Of a stretch of DNA of 64,000 nucleotides, positions 1-21,541 are shown piece after piece; position 1 is the first letter of the stretch, and the number at the start of each line of letters is the position of its first letter. The position numbers and the translations under genes were made by a program. A model generated the notes under the pieces. It saw only the letters and a program-made list of their open reading frames with translations. It was not told the DNA's origin and did not search any database. This DNA is from the human T2T-CHM13v2.0 reference genome, Homo sapiens, in assembly GCF_009914755.1 (NCBI RefSeq), contig NC_060939.1. One strand, written 5' to 3'.

Positions 1-40
1 CAAGTTGAGATTTGGGTGGGGACACAGCCAAACCATATCA
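1..40. mobile_element. End of a THE1/MST-type MaLR LTR (cut by window edge)
   Basis: GAGATTTGGGTGGGGACACAGCCAAACCATATCA is the characteristic THE1/MST terminus. Confidence 0.75.
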
Positions 41-44
41 ACAT

Positions 45-658
<614 letters not shown>

Positions 659-758
659 ATAGTTTTCCAGCTAGACACATTTCTAGGATTCTGTTACTAA
701 GAAGGAAGGGAAGGCTGGAGACAGGGAAGCAATGAATAGTCACTGTCACCAAAACTGA

Positions 759-1163
<405 letters not shown>

Positions 1164-1814
1164 TGAATACCGTGGCGTTAAATGCTGAAATGTACCCTTC
1201 ACTAGCTTCTTTAGAGATCACATTCACAGGTCACTATGGTAATGTTTGCTTCCGTTGTTTTTCAGGAACTTAGGCCAGCTCCCATCCAGTTCAATCAGGT
1301 TGGGACCACCAATTCTTCAATGGGCCTGCCCAAATGCCCAAGAAGTGGACTTTTGATGTCAGAGGGCCAAAGATCCCACCCTCAGATCATGCTAATGCCA
1401 CCACTTTCTGTACACATGTCCTGTGAAATGCCACAAACCCTGACTACTACGCTTGTGCAGAACAAACCTATCAATTAATTTTTCCCTACTGCCAATCACC
1501 TTTCCCCATGCCTTACACCACCGTGTTTCCCTAACGCATAAATATCCCTAAGCCTTATCTTCAGGAAGCAGGATGTGAGAGCTGTTCTACCACCTTGTTT
1601 GGTGGCCTTGCAAATAAATCCTTTCTCTTTTGCAAAACCCATGTCATAGTCACAGTGACTGATTTACTGCACGCGGGCAGGACAGACCTGCACCCGGCCA
1701 ATAACACCACTCATACCTACTCCAAAGGGCCGTTGTGAGGATGGAATGAGGTAAATCTGTAATGTACCCATATCCAGTTTGCCAGCACCCAGGAAGTGAC
1801 TAACGAGACATGGT

Positions 1815-1978
1815 TTTTTAATTATTATTTTATTATTATTATTATTATTGTATTTTTAGTAGAGACGGGGTTTCCCCATGTTGGTCAGGCTGGTCTCGAA
1901 CTCCCAACCCCAGGTGATTTGCCTGCCTCGGCCTCCCAAAGTGCTGGGATTACAGGTGTGAGCCACCACTCCTGGCCG
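1815..1978 (-). mobile_element. Alu left arm with (ATT)n tail
   Basis: Antisense Alu consensus match. Confidence 0.85.
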
Positions 1979-2101
1979 GAGATGTGGTTTTTAGTGAAGG
2001 GCCACTATCTAGTGTCTGCTTCCCAAGCTTTTCGCCAAGCTCCTCTAGGAGACAAGGTGGGCTGTGTCTAACATTCAATTTTCCTGACTTCTCCCCTTTG
2101 A

Positions 2102-2557
<456 letters not shown>

Positions 2558-2740
2558 TAATTCAGTTCCCCCACTCACCATTGTGAACCCAGACACTTGC
2601 ACAAAGTCACAAAGCAACAAGCAGGGGTGGGACTTGGCCCCTCTGGAGAGATAACGTAGCTCTGTGTTCCTCCCTCTCTCCAAACTGCTAATGCTCAGGC
2701 AGAGGCTGGTGTATGCAGCATTTTACAAAGTTTCCTATAC

Positions 2741-3008
2741 AAGCACTTTGGGAGGCTGAGGCGGGTGGATCGCTTGAGGTTAGGAGTTCAAGACCAGCCT
2801 GGCCAACATGGCGAAACCCTGTCTACTGAAAATACAAAAAAATTAGCCGGGCATGGTGGCACACACCTGTAATCCCAGCTACTCCCAGCTGAGGTGGGAG
2901 AATGGCTTGAACCTGGGAGGCAGAGGCTGCAGTGAGCTGAGATTGGGCCACTGCACTCCAGCCTGGACTGCAGAGTGAGACCCCGTCTCAAAAAAAAAAA
3001 AAAAAAAA
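2741..3008 (+). mobile_element. 5'-truncated Alu
   Basis: Starts at AGCACTTTGGGAGG; flanking repeat AAAGTTTCCTATA at ~2727 and ~3015. Confidence 0.9.
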
Positions 3009-3608
3009 TGCCATAAAGTTTCCTATAGAAAAAAATAAATGTGCACTAGTTCAACCCAGTTTTTTCTCCCTGAGAGGAGTTGAGGTCAGGTTTATGGGAC
3101 ATGCGGTGCTTTTTGAGTGAATGAGCGTCATAAAGGGAAACCTTCTGGTTTCCCTTTAGGCTTTAGGGGGCCCCTGCTCTTGTGTCTTTGGCTTGGCAGG
3201 GAGCTGAAGTCCTTGCAGTCACGAGCCTGTCCCTCGTGGATATAACTGGGAGAAAAGTCTAGAAAGTGCTCCCTGGGGTCCCAGGATAATGTGTCCACCT
3301 ACCGAAGGCAAGAATGCAATCTATATTATTGCCCTTCCCCAAGGGTGCAGGATTTATGTCACCCTAGAAGAATGCGAACTCCTGAATCAGTTCACATACA
3401 AAGAAACCCCAGTTTTTCAGAATAGATTGAGACCAAAGCCTTTCAGTGAAAAAGAATGTTTTGGGCAGAAAAAAAAATTAATGAAAGTCCTAAGATTTTT
3501 TTAAAGTATTAATCTAATAATGGGAGATATAATGTGCCAGTCTCCCTGCTGCTTATTTCCGCTAGTGAACTGGGCTATATGGGAACTTAATAAAATATTC
3601 ACAGAAGG

Positions 3609-4276
<668 letters not shown>

Positions 4277-4560
4277 TATTTACCAGTCATGTGTATTTCA
4301 TAAACAGCAGCAATTTCATTAAAATCAGTGCATATGGGGAAAAGGGATGCGTAGGTACTGTCCTATCTTCTTGATTAATGCTGTTAACATATTTTTGCAC
4401 ATTTAAAAAATTGACATTGATAAATTTTTAGCATGAAGTTGCAGAAGTTGACCTGGGTCCTAACTGTAAAATGCAGAGGAACTCTACCCATGAGGAAGCT
4501 TTGTGAAGTTGATTCATTACTAATGTCCCTGTGAGTACCTAACTTAAAAAGTCCAGTGTA

Positions 4561-5100
<540 letters not shown>

Positions 5101-5271
5101 AGAAAGTTGTCACAGCAAAATGAGGCACACGGAGTTTGAACACCTCTCTTTTTGGGAGAACACACTGAGTAGACAACACCGTGTGTGTGCGTGTGTATGT
5201 GAGTTCATCTGTGAGTGTGTGGGGGGTGCTTTGGATGTGGAAGAGTGTGAAGGAGGCCATGAATCTTTTTA

Positions 5272-6038
<767 letters not shown>

Positions 6039-6218
6039 ACTGTGATTGCTTTTCTTAACATGGTACTCTGCCATTATATTCTCTATTAGGAATTTGATAT
6101 GCTCAGAAGATATAGTGAGTTGCCTGTTTACTAACATCAGGGTCCTTTCAGGTAGTGTCCACCACAGGAAACATTACTATTTGGGTATTGTGACCCATGG
6201 CAACGACCCAGCACTCAC

Positions 6219-6454
6219 CTTTCCAGACCTCATCTGGTGGCCTTGTAACCCTGGAGCTGAAGCTGCATGCGCACAAGCAATCAGTCGCAGTGTATCCACA
6301 CAGGGTCCCAACCCACTCCAGGATTCATTTCGGGATGGCTTCCCCTCCCTCAGCCGGGTCTCCAGCCCCATTGCTCTCCAGGCATGCCCATCTCCATCTC
6401 CACGGCGATCATGTGTTTGCAGGGAGACATCAATATCCTCTTCTCTTGCGCTTT
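6219..6454 (-). other. Candidate internal exon (236 nt) of an unidentified transcript
   Basis: Unique sequence bounded by TTGACTCTCCCATTCAG| and AAG|GTGAGT on the minus strand; one frame is open across it; no homology recognised. Confidence 0.3.
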
Positions 6455-6835
6455 CTGAATGGGAGAGTCAATGTCAACCGGAAGCTAGCAGGGACTTGGG
6501 TGGACAGGTGTCTCACGCTGGATGGGGGAATCCAGGTGGGAGGGGAGGGTGGGCTTGCTCTCATTTGTGGGTGGGTAATGGGATTTGCTATGAAGCTGGA
6601 GGGAAAATCTGGACCCCTAAAGAGGGGTCCCTTCCCTTCCTAAGGGAAGGCCTCAGCTTCGAGACTGCAGGAGGAGCTGGGTAGCCATTGGATATGGCTA
6701 AAGCACATGAATCATGACCGTGGTGCACTGTTTGGACAGCAAGTCAGTGGCCCAAGGAGAGAGAGGTTAGTGATGGGAAGCGTCCTGGGACTCACCGATG
6801 CATCTTTATATTTTTCTCTTTAAACATTAGGAGGA

Positions 6836-8718
<1,883 letters not shown>

Positions 8719-9423
8719 TCTGTTCTTAGTACCAAGGGCCCTCACACCCCCTGTCTTTTCTTGGGACTCTGCCAAGCCCCAGGCTCCTTCTCAGGCTTGG
8801 GGACGGTACCCAAATCAGCACATCCACTTCCATCTCCCCACCTCACCCCAAACCCTTCTCTCCGGCATCTAGAGCCACGCCGAAGTTTCTCTTCTTGAGT
8901 CTAGCCCTCCTGGGTATGCTTGGGGACTGAAATGCTCAAATTGGCCTCACCTCTTGACACTGTAATTGTTCCTTATCGCCTATTAAACAGGAACCCTGCT
9001 TTGTGTAGTTCAGTGCCTGCTGCCAAGTCAGAGCTGTGACCTCAATGAAAGTGGCCCAGCCACACCAAACCTCAGTTTCCGTAACAGTCCTGGGATCCAA
9101 TGTGGCTTTCACATTACATATCACTTCACTCTGTTATCTCCGATGGAAAACCAACTCAAACTGGCTTAAGCAAAAAGGGTACTCACTGGGCCATGTAACC
9201 AAAAAGTGTAAGCATAGGTGTGGCTTCAGGAACGGCTGGATCAAGGCACCCACATGTGGCATCGGGAGTCCCTCTCCTGGCTGTTGGTTTCAGTTTTCTC
9301 TGCAGGGGTTACATTCGAGCATTGGTTCCCTCCTCATAGTGGCAAGGTGGCTGCGCAGGACAAGAGGCATATAGCCAAGGGCTCAGCTACTTAAGGATAA
9401 GTTCCATCAGAAGCCCAAGTTGA

Positions 9424-9733
<310 letters not shown>

Positions 9734-10144
9734 TCATCTGTCCAGTCCTGAACTGGTCACTGTGTGAGGTAGAAGCATTGTTTGATTGGCCAGGCCTGGG
9801 ACACACGGCCATCTCCAGACCTAGGAATGGCATCATCTCTACCCAAACCCCGTGAACCAGGAGGTGGGGAGGAGCAAAGCTTCAGAAGAAACTCCGGGCC
9901 CTGCCATCAAGCAGAGGAGGAAAGGAAGCCACACAGACTGAGACATCAAGTACCCACTGTGCCCTCACCACCAGCTCCTGCCCTGGTCAGTGCACTCCTG
10001 GACCATTTCTCCTCCCCGTCTTGTTCACAGTCACCCTCTCACCCCAGCAGAGATCAGGCCAGGGGACTGGTGGCAAGTGAGTGAAGGGTTTCAGCCTACC
10101 TTCCAGGCACAGTGTAAGCGGACCCCCCACACACAGGGGCTCTC

Positions 10145-10568
10145 CTGGGTTACACAGTGTCCTCCCAAAATTCACATCCACCTGGAACCTGCAAATATGA
10201 CCTTATTTGGAAATGGAGTCTTTGCAGATGTTGTCAAGATAAGATGAAGTCATACTGTTTTAGGATCGGCCCCATATGTGGTACGACTGGGGTTCTTATA
10301 CGAAGAGGGACCCTGGCACACGGATGCATACAGGGAGAGCGCTGTGTGATGAGAAAGGCAGAGATTGCAGTGATGCTGCCACCAGCCAAGGAGCCACCAT
10401 CAACCAGGAGACGGGCATGGATCCGATTCTCCCTGCGAACCTCCAGAAGGAGCCAACCCTGCCAACACCTTGGTTTTGGACTTCTGTTCCCCACAACTGT
10501 GAGACAATACATTCTGTGGTTTTAAGCTTTATGATAATTTGTTACTGTAGCCCTGGGAAAGGAATACA
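10145..10568 (+). mobile_element. MLT1B/C-type MaLR LTR
   Basis: CCCAAAATTCACATCCACCTGGAACC..ACCTTATTTGGAAAT..GTCTTTGCAGATGT; ends GGAAAGGAATACA. Confidence 0.85.
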
Positions 10569-10939
10569 AGGGTAGACAGACACTGATCAAGTAAGCAAAC
10601 AAATGTGAAATTGCCCTGTGACAAGGGAGGTGCAGGGTGCCTGTGTTGGGGAAGAATTCTCTGAGACTTGAAGTCAGAGAAAGAGTTAGCTAATGGGGCT
10701 GACAGGGGTCTGCACATGCAGCTCACGGCCCAGATCTCGTTGGCCGAGTGTTTTTGCAGGGATTAGGAACTAAGAATGGTTTTGCAAGAAGAACATCCCA
10801 GGCCGAAGGGACGGCATGAGCAAAGGCCATGAAGTGGGAGGCGCCCTCTGTGAAACCAACAAGCTTTCAGCCACGTGGGTCTCTCTGATGCGTTGTCTCC
10901 GCCACAGAGGGCTTTAAAAAGCCCCGAAACTGGACAGGT

Positions 10940-11545
10940 GTCACTGCCTGTGGCAGTAGCGGCCATTTGGCGCCTGTGGTTTCAACTCCACCCGTTTCAC
11001 ATGTCTATGTTACCAGACTGGCCCCTGAAGGGGATCTGCGTGCCAGGCCCTGACCTGCCGGGCTTTGGAAACATCCTTGCCAGTGTCCCCTGACCTGCGC
11101 CCCGCCCTGTGGAGTGAGGCCTGGTTGCCCAAGCTGGCTGGGCCGGGCTGTTTGCTGCTTCCAACAAACATAGGAGAGAATGTATTGCTGCTTTTGATTG
11201 CCAGTGAGAGCTCCGCGAGGCCTGGCCCGAGATGTGGCTGGCGTGAGGGGTCCCGGACCTGCTGTGGTGGGGACGCACCCAGTTCTGTGGCGCTTGGTCC
11301 AGCGAGGACTCGAGCCCACTGGGGACGGGGCCTCGGGCTGCAGGGGCGGGGCCCCAGCCGCCTGGGGGTGGGGCCTCAGGTTGTTTGGGGGCGGGGCCTC
11401 AAGCTGTCTGGGGACGGGGCCTCGGGCCGGCTGGGGGCGGGGCCTCATGCTTCAGGGGCGGGGCCTCGGACTGCCTGGGTGTGGGGTCTCCAGCTTCAGG
11501 GTCGGGGAGCCTCGAGCCGCCTGGGGACCGGGGGATCTGTTGGGG
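10940..11545. promoter_or_regulatory. CpG-enriched promoter-like patch with repeated GC boxes and a YY1-like site
   Basis: Several GGGGCGGGGCC/GGGACGGGGCCTC motifs in 11320-11470; GCGGCCATTTGG at ~10959. Confidence 0.5.
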
Positions 11546-12002
11546 AGGAGGTTCTCGAACTGCTGAGGAGGATCACAGTGCTTTTGCTTCCTCTAGGAGA
11601 CCAGCTGCACAGGCTGCAACATGCCATCTCTGTGCCTGTTTTCCCGTCGATAAATGCAGAGACATTACTCTCATCATTTCTTCCTCTGTAACACAATATT
11701 CATCTATGTAACCCCTTGGTAAAGCAGTTGTAAGAATTAAACAAGAGGAATTGCGCTTTCATTCAGCAAATATTTTTTGAGCAGCTACTAGATGCCAGGC
11801 ACTGTTTTAGACGCAAGTGATACTTCAGGAAACATAATCAGACAGACAGGCAGACATGCCCTCCTGGAACTGGCATTGTAGAACAAGGGTCTGCATCCTG
11901 TGGCTCACAGGCCAGATCTGGTTGACCGTCTATTTTTGCATGGACGTTAAACTAACAATGATTTTTGCATTTTGATTTTTATTTTATGAAAAAACAATTG
12001 GG

Positions 12003-12440
<438 letters not shown>

Positions 12441-13412
12441 TGTTTTTGTAGCAACATGCATGGAACTGGAGGTCATTATCTTAAGTGAAATAAGCCAGAT
12501 ACAGAAAGACAAATATTGCATGTTCTCACTCCCAAGTGGGTGCTAAAAAATGCATACACATGGCTCCACAGAGAGTGGAATAATAAACAATGGAGATTCA
12601 GGAGAGTGAATGTAAATTCTGGCAGTTCATCCACCACTGTGAACCATGAGAAATAGTTTAATGGCTGCCAGGTGAGGTGGCTCACACCTGTAATCTTAGC
12701 ACTTTGGGAGGCCAAAGCAGGAGGATCACTTGAGCCCAGGAGTTCAAGACCAGCCTGGGCAACATGGCAAGACCCCATCTCTACAAAAAATGCAAAATAT
12801 TAGCTGGGCATGGTGGCACGCACCTGTAGTCCCTGCTACTCAGGAAGCTGAGATGGGAGGATCGTTTGAGCCTGGGAGATAGAGACTGCAGTGAGCCATG
12901 ATTGCACCACTGTACTTCATCCTAGGTGACAAAATGAGAACCTGTTTAAAAAAACAAAAATAGGCTGGGCACGGTGGCCCACGCCTGTAATCCCAGCACT
13001 TCGGGAGGCTGAGGCAGGTGGATCACCTGAGGTCAGGAGTTCGAGACCAGCCTGGCCAACATGGCAAAACCCCGTCTCTACTAAAAGTACAAAAATTAGC
13101 CGGGCGTGGTGGCGGGCACCTGTAATCCCAACTACGCAGGAGGCTGAGGCAGGAGAATAGCTTGAACCCGGGAGGTGGAGGTTGCAGTCAGCCGAGATTG
13201 AGCCTGCACTCCAGCCTGGTGACAGAGCGAGACTCTGTCTCAAAAAAACACAGCAGCAAGCAACAACAACTAAAAGAAATCACTGAATGGGTACAATGTA
13301 TGTTATCGGGATGATGGAGATCCTAAAAGCCCTGACCTGACTATTACACAATCTATGCATGTAATGAAATTGTATTTGTACCCCATAAATTTATGTAAAT
13401 AAAACATTTTAA
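12441..13412 (+). mobile_element. L1 3'-end fragment interrupted by two Alus (12664-12960, 12963-13250)
   Basis: GCAACATGCATGGAACTGGAGGTCATTATCTTAAGTGAAATAAGCCAG; 3' terminus TGTACCCCATAAATTTATGTAAATAAAA. Confidence 0.8.
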
Positions 13413-13499
13413 AAAGTGTGAGATGTGCAGGTCGAAAATGATGCAGAATGCTCAGCACAGGGCCTGACACTTAGCAAGAGCTCCATGAATGTTAGCTAA

Positions 13500-14261
13500 T
13501 GCGGTGGATGGACTCATGGTCCCCCAAAGAGGTCCACATCCTAATCCCCAGAACCTGTGAAAGTGGTAATTTACATTGTAAAAGGGGCTTTGCAGGTGTG
13601 ATCAAATTAAGTCTCCTGAGACGAAGGAATTCACCTGGATTATCCCCGAGGGGCCCAATGATGCAATCACAAGGGTCTTTTTTTTTTTTTTTGAGATAGC
13701 GTCTCACTCTGTTGCCCAGACTGGAGTGCAGGCTCGATCTCGGCTCACTGCAACCTCTGCCTTCTGGGTTCAAGCGATTCTCCTGCCTCAGCCTCCTGAG
13801 TAGCTGGAATTACAGGTGTGCACCACCATGCCCAGCTACTTTTTGTATTTTTAGTGGAGATGGGGGTTTCCCCATGTTGCCCAGGCTGGTCTCGAACTCC
13901 TGACCTCAGGTGGCCTTGGCCTCTCAAAGTGCTGGGATTACAGGCATGAGTCACCACACCTGGCCACAATGGTCCCTATAAGAGATGGTGGGCAGGGCAA
14001 GAAGAAATGTGAGATGTGAGGCTGGAAGCAGAGGGTGGAATGCATGCTTTGAAGGTGGAGGCACCTGCTCTGCGGCAGGCCTGTAGAATCGGGAAAAGAC
14101 AAGGACTCAGATTCTCCCTCAGAACGCCCTGGAGGAAACAAGCTCTGCTGACACCTTGATTTTAGACGTCGGACCTCCAGAACGGTAAGAGAATAAATGT
14201 ATCTTATTTTAAGTCACTAAGTTTGTGGAAGCTTGTTGGAGCAGCAATACAGAATGAATAT
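13500..14261 (+). mobile_element. MLT1D-type LTR with inserted antisense Alu (13678-13965)
   Basis: CCCCCAAAGAGGTCCACATCCTAATCCCCAGAACCTGTGAA..CTGCTGACACCTTGATTTTAG..TTTAAGTCACTAAGTTTGTGG. Confidence 0.85.
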
Positions 14262-14830
14262 AGCTGCCATTCTTATTGTTATCCTGTTTGTCGTAGGCTG
14301 GCTCTGCCATCTTCCCATTCAGTTGTTTCAGGCAAGTTATTGAGTCTCTCTGAACTTGAGTTTTCTGCTCTGTAAAATGGAGACAAGAAGTTTTCCTACT
14401 TCTGGTCAAATGAGATAATGCATGTAAAGTGACTCCAGCTGTCATGATTGTTGTTGCTCTTGTTTAAGTAGAGGCAGTGGCCATGGCTGGCTCTGTGTGA
14501 CCTGGGGCAAGTTATGAGACTTCTCTGAACTTTAGTTTCCCCGCCTACAAAGTGGGGGTCATGACAGCATCTACCTCCTGAGGCTGTCGTGAAGCTGGAA
14601 GGAGACCCTAAGCATAATTTCTGGGCCCATGCCTCGCTTGAGGAGGACGTAGGTATAATTCTGGCCGAATTGGAGAACGTGATCTCTAAACTGGGTGGGC
14701 CCCTCTAAGCTGTCCTGACTCCGGTCCTCTGTGCTGGATCACAGCCTCAGCCTGGCTGGCAGGGGAGTAGATCATTCCTATTCCCTTTGCCTCCCCAGCT
14801 CTTCCCAAGTGGACACCACAACCCCATTGC

Positions 14831-15111
<281 letters not shown>

Positions 15112-15965
15112 CCCATTACCTTTTGTTGTGACTGCAGCAGACTCACTGGGGGGCTTCTGTCCCCAGAGGGCGGGGAGCTCAAGTTAGTTCATTGAGGAGG
15201 GGCAGGGGCCATAGGGCTGGGGCGGGGCCTGGACATCCCAACACGAGGGTCCTTCCTGTGCTGAGGTTCCAGACTGAGGCGGGAGTCAGTCTGAGGCCTG
15301 GCCGTGCGGCTTGGCGTCTATCCAGGCTGGAATTTGCAGGATTTGTGCTGTGGTGCTGGAATCGGCTCCCTCGGAGTGTGTGTCTCACTGGATTGGATCT
15401 GTCTGTGTCTTGGGGGTGTTCTTTAAAGGGAAGAACCTGACAGACTTCACACTGCAGTGCCCCGTGCAGGGCCTGGCACACAGAAAATATCTATTGGACC
15501 AGTGAATGGATCATCCAAGGGACTGAACGTCCCCAGTGCAAACAGGAAGGGAGTTTGTGTCAGTGGGGAGTCTCCCAGGCCCCAGTAAGACTGGTTGACC
15601 AGGTCCTCCCTAAGTTCTGGGTGTTGCTGAAGTGGCCTTGCTGCTCTGAAAACAGCTGTGTGCATCTCAGCCTCGCCTCTCCCGGAGGAGGGCCTCTCAC
15701 TTCCTACGAAACCAGGACTGCAGCCTCAGAGAGGTTTGAGGGTGTGCCCAGGGCTACACACTTAGAGTGAGTTTGGGGCGTGAGGCAAGGATTTGTGGGG
15801 TGGCTGCCCAGCTAAGCACCTGGACACTGTTCTGTAGGAAAGGAGAGCCGTTAAAGAATTTGTATCTACCTCTTTTTTTTCTTGGTTTTGTTACTTTCCC
15901 CCAACATTTTATTATGAAAATTTTGAAACAGCAACATCAACTCACTAACATTTTACTAAATTTGA

Positions 15966-16500
<535 letters not shown>

Positions 16501-17979
16501 TAAGTATCTGCTGAACGAACAGATGAATGAGGGAGATGTTACTGGTCTTTGCTCCTCCAATGCTGCCCCCCACCCTCCATGTCATGTCTCGACATGTCTG
16601 ATTTCCTGAGAGTGGCTTACGTGCCTGGCATGGTACTGAGCCTTCTTTGAAGCAGCCCTCTGAGCAAGGGATCCCTAGATCGTACATTCACAGATGCGGC
16701 AGCTGAGGCTCAGAGAAGTGAAGTGACAGGCCCCGGGTCACACAGCATCGAGGGGGCAAGTCAGGATGTGATTGCAGTTGCTCCGACCCCAGGCCCATGC
16801 CCTGAGTCTCTGCACAGCCAGACTCAGAGATCCCAAAGTGGGTCCCCATCATGTCCTGGCTCTCCCCACTTCAGAAGCAGGACCTCGAAAATTTCAAGGA
16901 GCCCCAGATACCCCACCTGGACGGCATCCTGGCTCGGGGCAGACCTGCCTCCCAGGCTCCACCTTATGTTCTGCTCCTTCTCATTGCCTCCCAAATTAGT
17001 TCCATGTTCAGCCTGGGGCCTGTGGATTCCACTTTTTTCTGTAACCGGAGTTCCCCCAGTGCTTGGCACCAAGCTCGGTGACTTGGCTTCGGCTCAGGTT
17101 CCTGATTTCCTTGGACAATTTCAGATGATTTCACTGGCAGAGAAAAGCCCAGCCAGGGGTCAGTGAGCGGATCACTCCCGTTTCCTGTAATCAGGTAGAA
17201 AAGGATCACAGATGACGAGCAGTGCCTCCCAAGACACACAGGCTGTAGGAACAGGCCTCCTTTTCTACTTTCACCCTGGAAACCACCTTGCAGGATGGGC
17301 CTTGTGATCCCCACTTCACAGATGGGGAAGCTAGGGCTCAGAGAGGTTGGGTGCTTTGCTGAGGGTTGCACAGCAAATGAGTGGCAGGGCAGAATCTGTC
17401 CCCTAGTCTGCTGGCCCCAACACACAACCTCTTCCTCCCAGATTCCTTTCTGGCTCCAGGCTGCAGCAGGAACCTGGCCCTGGGGACTCAGAGTGGCGAA
17501 AACTCAGACCTTGCCCACGAAGACCTCAAAGTCAAGCAGAAAAAGACTAGATTGAGTGCAAACAGTGATCAAAGCAGCACCCGCCAACATGAGACAATAT
17601 GTATTTTTAGACAGTGAGTCAGTCCTGATGATTCACAGGCCTGGCTAGGCTTGCAGGGCAGCCCCAGGACACCAAGGGCAGGGTAGGAGATGAGCTACCC
17701 GCGGGCCAGGAGACCAGAAGGGGGTCCAGGGCTGCACCTCCTTATTCTCCATTGTGTTGTCAAGGGCTGGAGGTGGGGCTGGACGCCTTCCTACTTGATT
17801 GGAAGATGCATTTTCCAATAAGTACTTAACTAGCTCATGGTCACAGAATTAGAATGTGACACAAGCAGCCTCCCATCACTTTATAAGCATCTGCTCTGGA
17901 CTGGGCACTGTGACGGGTGCTCGGGAGATGGCAGACCATGAAACTGATGAAGTTCTAACCTCATGCAACTGACCTTCCA

Positions 17980-18530
<551 letters not shown>

Positions 18531-19193
18531 TCATTTGCCCTCTACTGTGTGACTTTGGGACCCCTGATGGCCCTTCGGACTGTGGCCTCCAAGGCAATGT
18601 GCTGGTTCTGCAGGTGAAACGGCGACAGTGCTCTGTGTTCCTTGAAGATGTGTTCGCATTAGGCCTCACAAGCCCCCACATGTGGCTCTTTCTGAGTCAT
18701 GTTGTACTGTGACCTTTTGGGCACCAGCATCCGTGTGTCACTTGGTTCAACCTAGTGCTTGGTCCATAGCGGGTGATGGATGAATGTTTGTAGAATCTGC
18801 AGAATGAACAGACCCAAGGCTGTGCCTAGTCCTGTGTATCTTCACTTTAGTGAGAAACTGGCAATAGAGGGGGGTTGTGACAGAGACCAGGGCCCCCTCT
18901 GGTCTTCCTCCTTGTCCTCCAGGGGTCTGGGTACTGCACTGTCTCACCCCCACCCTGTGCTCACATGACAGTCCAGGAGGAAGGTGCAGGGCAGTGGTGA
19001 GGGCCTGGCTCATTGTGGGCACCAGTGCTGAGCCCCAGCTTCCTGATCTGTGAAATGGACGGGGGCGATGAGGCTCACGTCTCTCACAGAGGTTGCTCAT
19101 GGGCTCAGGTAAATCCCTGTGCCTGCTCAACCACCAAAATTCAAGATGAACTGTCTTAGGTGTGCCTCTCAGCTCTTCTAAGAGGTGGAGTTA

Positions 19194-19496
<303 letters not shown>

Positions 19497-20217
19497 TTAG
19501 CACCAGTCTCACAGATAAGTTAACAGAGACTGGGGCATCCAGGGACTTGCTTGAGGTCACAGCTTGCAGGTGCAGGGTAGGGTTCAGACCCAGCCTCTCT
19601 GTGCCTCCCTTGACGATGGGTCACCCTCTGTAATCAGCAACAGGGTGGCCGGAAACCTGCTGGGCTCTTTTCTGCCCCTGTATCTCTAGCAGATGGTCTT
19701 GGATAAGGTGGTCTTATCTCATGCCTGCCTGCCCCTCTACCCATGTCCCTGCCTTCTGCCTGCACCTGTTCAGTGGCCAGGTCAGGGGACGGACGAGGCT
19801 CCTTACAGCCGCGTGGGTGTTTGGAGAGTGGGGCAGGCAGCCCGGCAGAGCTGTTAAGCAGCAACCCCACCACCAGTGCTTCCGGATGCCTGGACTCTGG
19901 GGCAGGAGCTGTGGAACTATCATTCTCAGATTCGGGCTCAAGTCCTGTATCAGAGGACAGCTAGCCTTGTGACCTTGGAAAGTCATGGAAGTCTTCCAAG
20001 CCTGTTTCTCACCTGAGTAATGGGAATGGTAGATGACATGCATTACACATAGTGGATGCTTATTAGTGGTAAACTCCCTGCAAACACTGAATTAGCAGAT
20101 CTGGAGCCATTGCTTCTAGGGAGAAATACAGGTTAAGTTCTTACAAGCCTCTGGTCACATTTTCATCAACCAATCAATACCTAACCTGGTTTTATGTGTT
20201 TCTCTGTAGACACTTTA

Positions 20218-20920
<703 letters not shown>

Positions 20921-21340
20921 CTACAGTTCTCCTAGATTTTTGCCGATTACTTGTTCTCTCACTATGAAAGATATTGTGTGTGTTATATGTGTCTAACAAT
21001 TCATTGTCTAGTTAGAGTTGCTATTATACCACTTCAAGTGGATGGAGAGCCTCACTGCCATCCATTAATGTGCATTAATCATTTTGAGAGTGAAAAGATT
21101 TTTTAAAATGTTTTTACTCTTTTAGGTATGGCCAAGTGAGATGGGGCTAGTGAAATGGGTGGGAGAATTGGAAGCTGATAGTGTGTGAGCTAGACACCCA
21201 TGAATGCTTTTCCACTGGGCAGTTAGAGGGATGATAGGTAATAATATAAGGCAGCTCCATCACACAAGCTGGTGACTCCTGTGCGACAGACCAAGAGCTG
21301 CATTTGGAGATTCATTTCCGATTGTTGCGTTTCCTCTTAG

Positions 21341-21541
21341 AGCATTGCTTGGTCATCGTGTTCTGAGTGGTCCATTGGCCTCCATGTCCCTTTTGGGGTG
21401 GATATTTGCTCAGTGACTTTTGAGCAGCTGGATCTCCTGCTTCGGCAGGTGAGTGAGGGGATGGATGGCTCCGCGGACTGGCCCCCGCCCCAGGAGAAAG
21501 AGTGCGTGGCCGTGGCAACGCTGAATCTTCCCCGACTTCAG
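21341..21541 (+). pseudogene. HERC2P: HERC2 pseudo-exon A
   Basis: ttcctcttag| SIAWSSCSEWSIGLHVPFGVDICSVTFEQLDLLLRQVSEGMDGSADWPPPQEKECVAVATLNLPRLQ |gtattc; 201 nt. Confidence 0.92.

Noticed and set aside
6046-6684. 212-aa plus-strand ORF
   Set aside because: TTG start, no recognisable domain, and the local splice signals favour the minus strand.
11005-11711. Overlapping Gly/Pro/Arg-rich ORFs on both strands
   Set aside because: Expected from stop-poor GC-rich repeat sequence.
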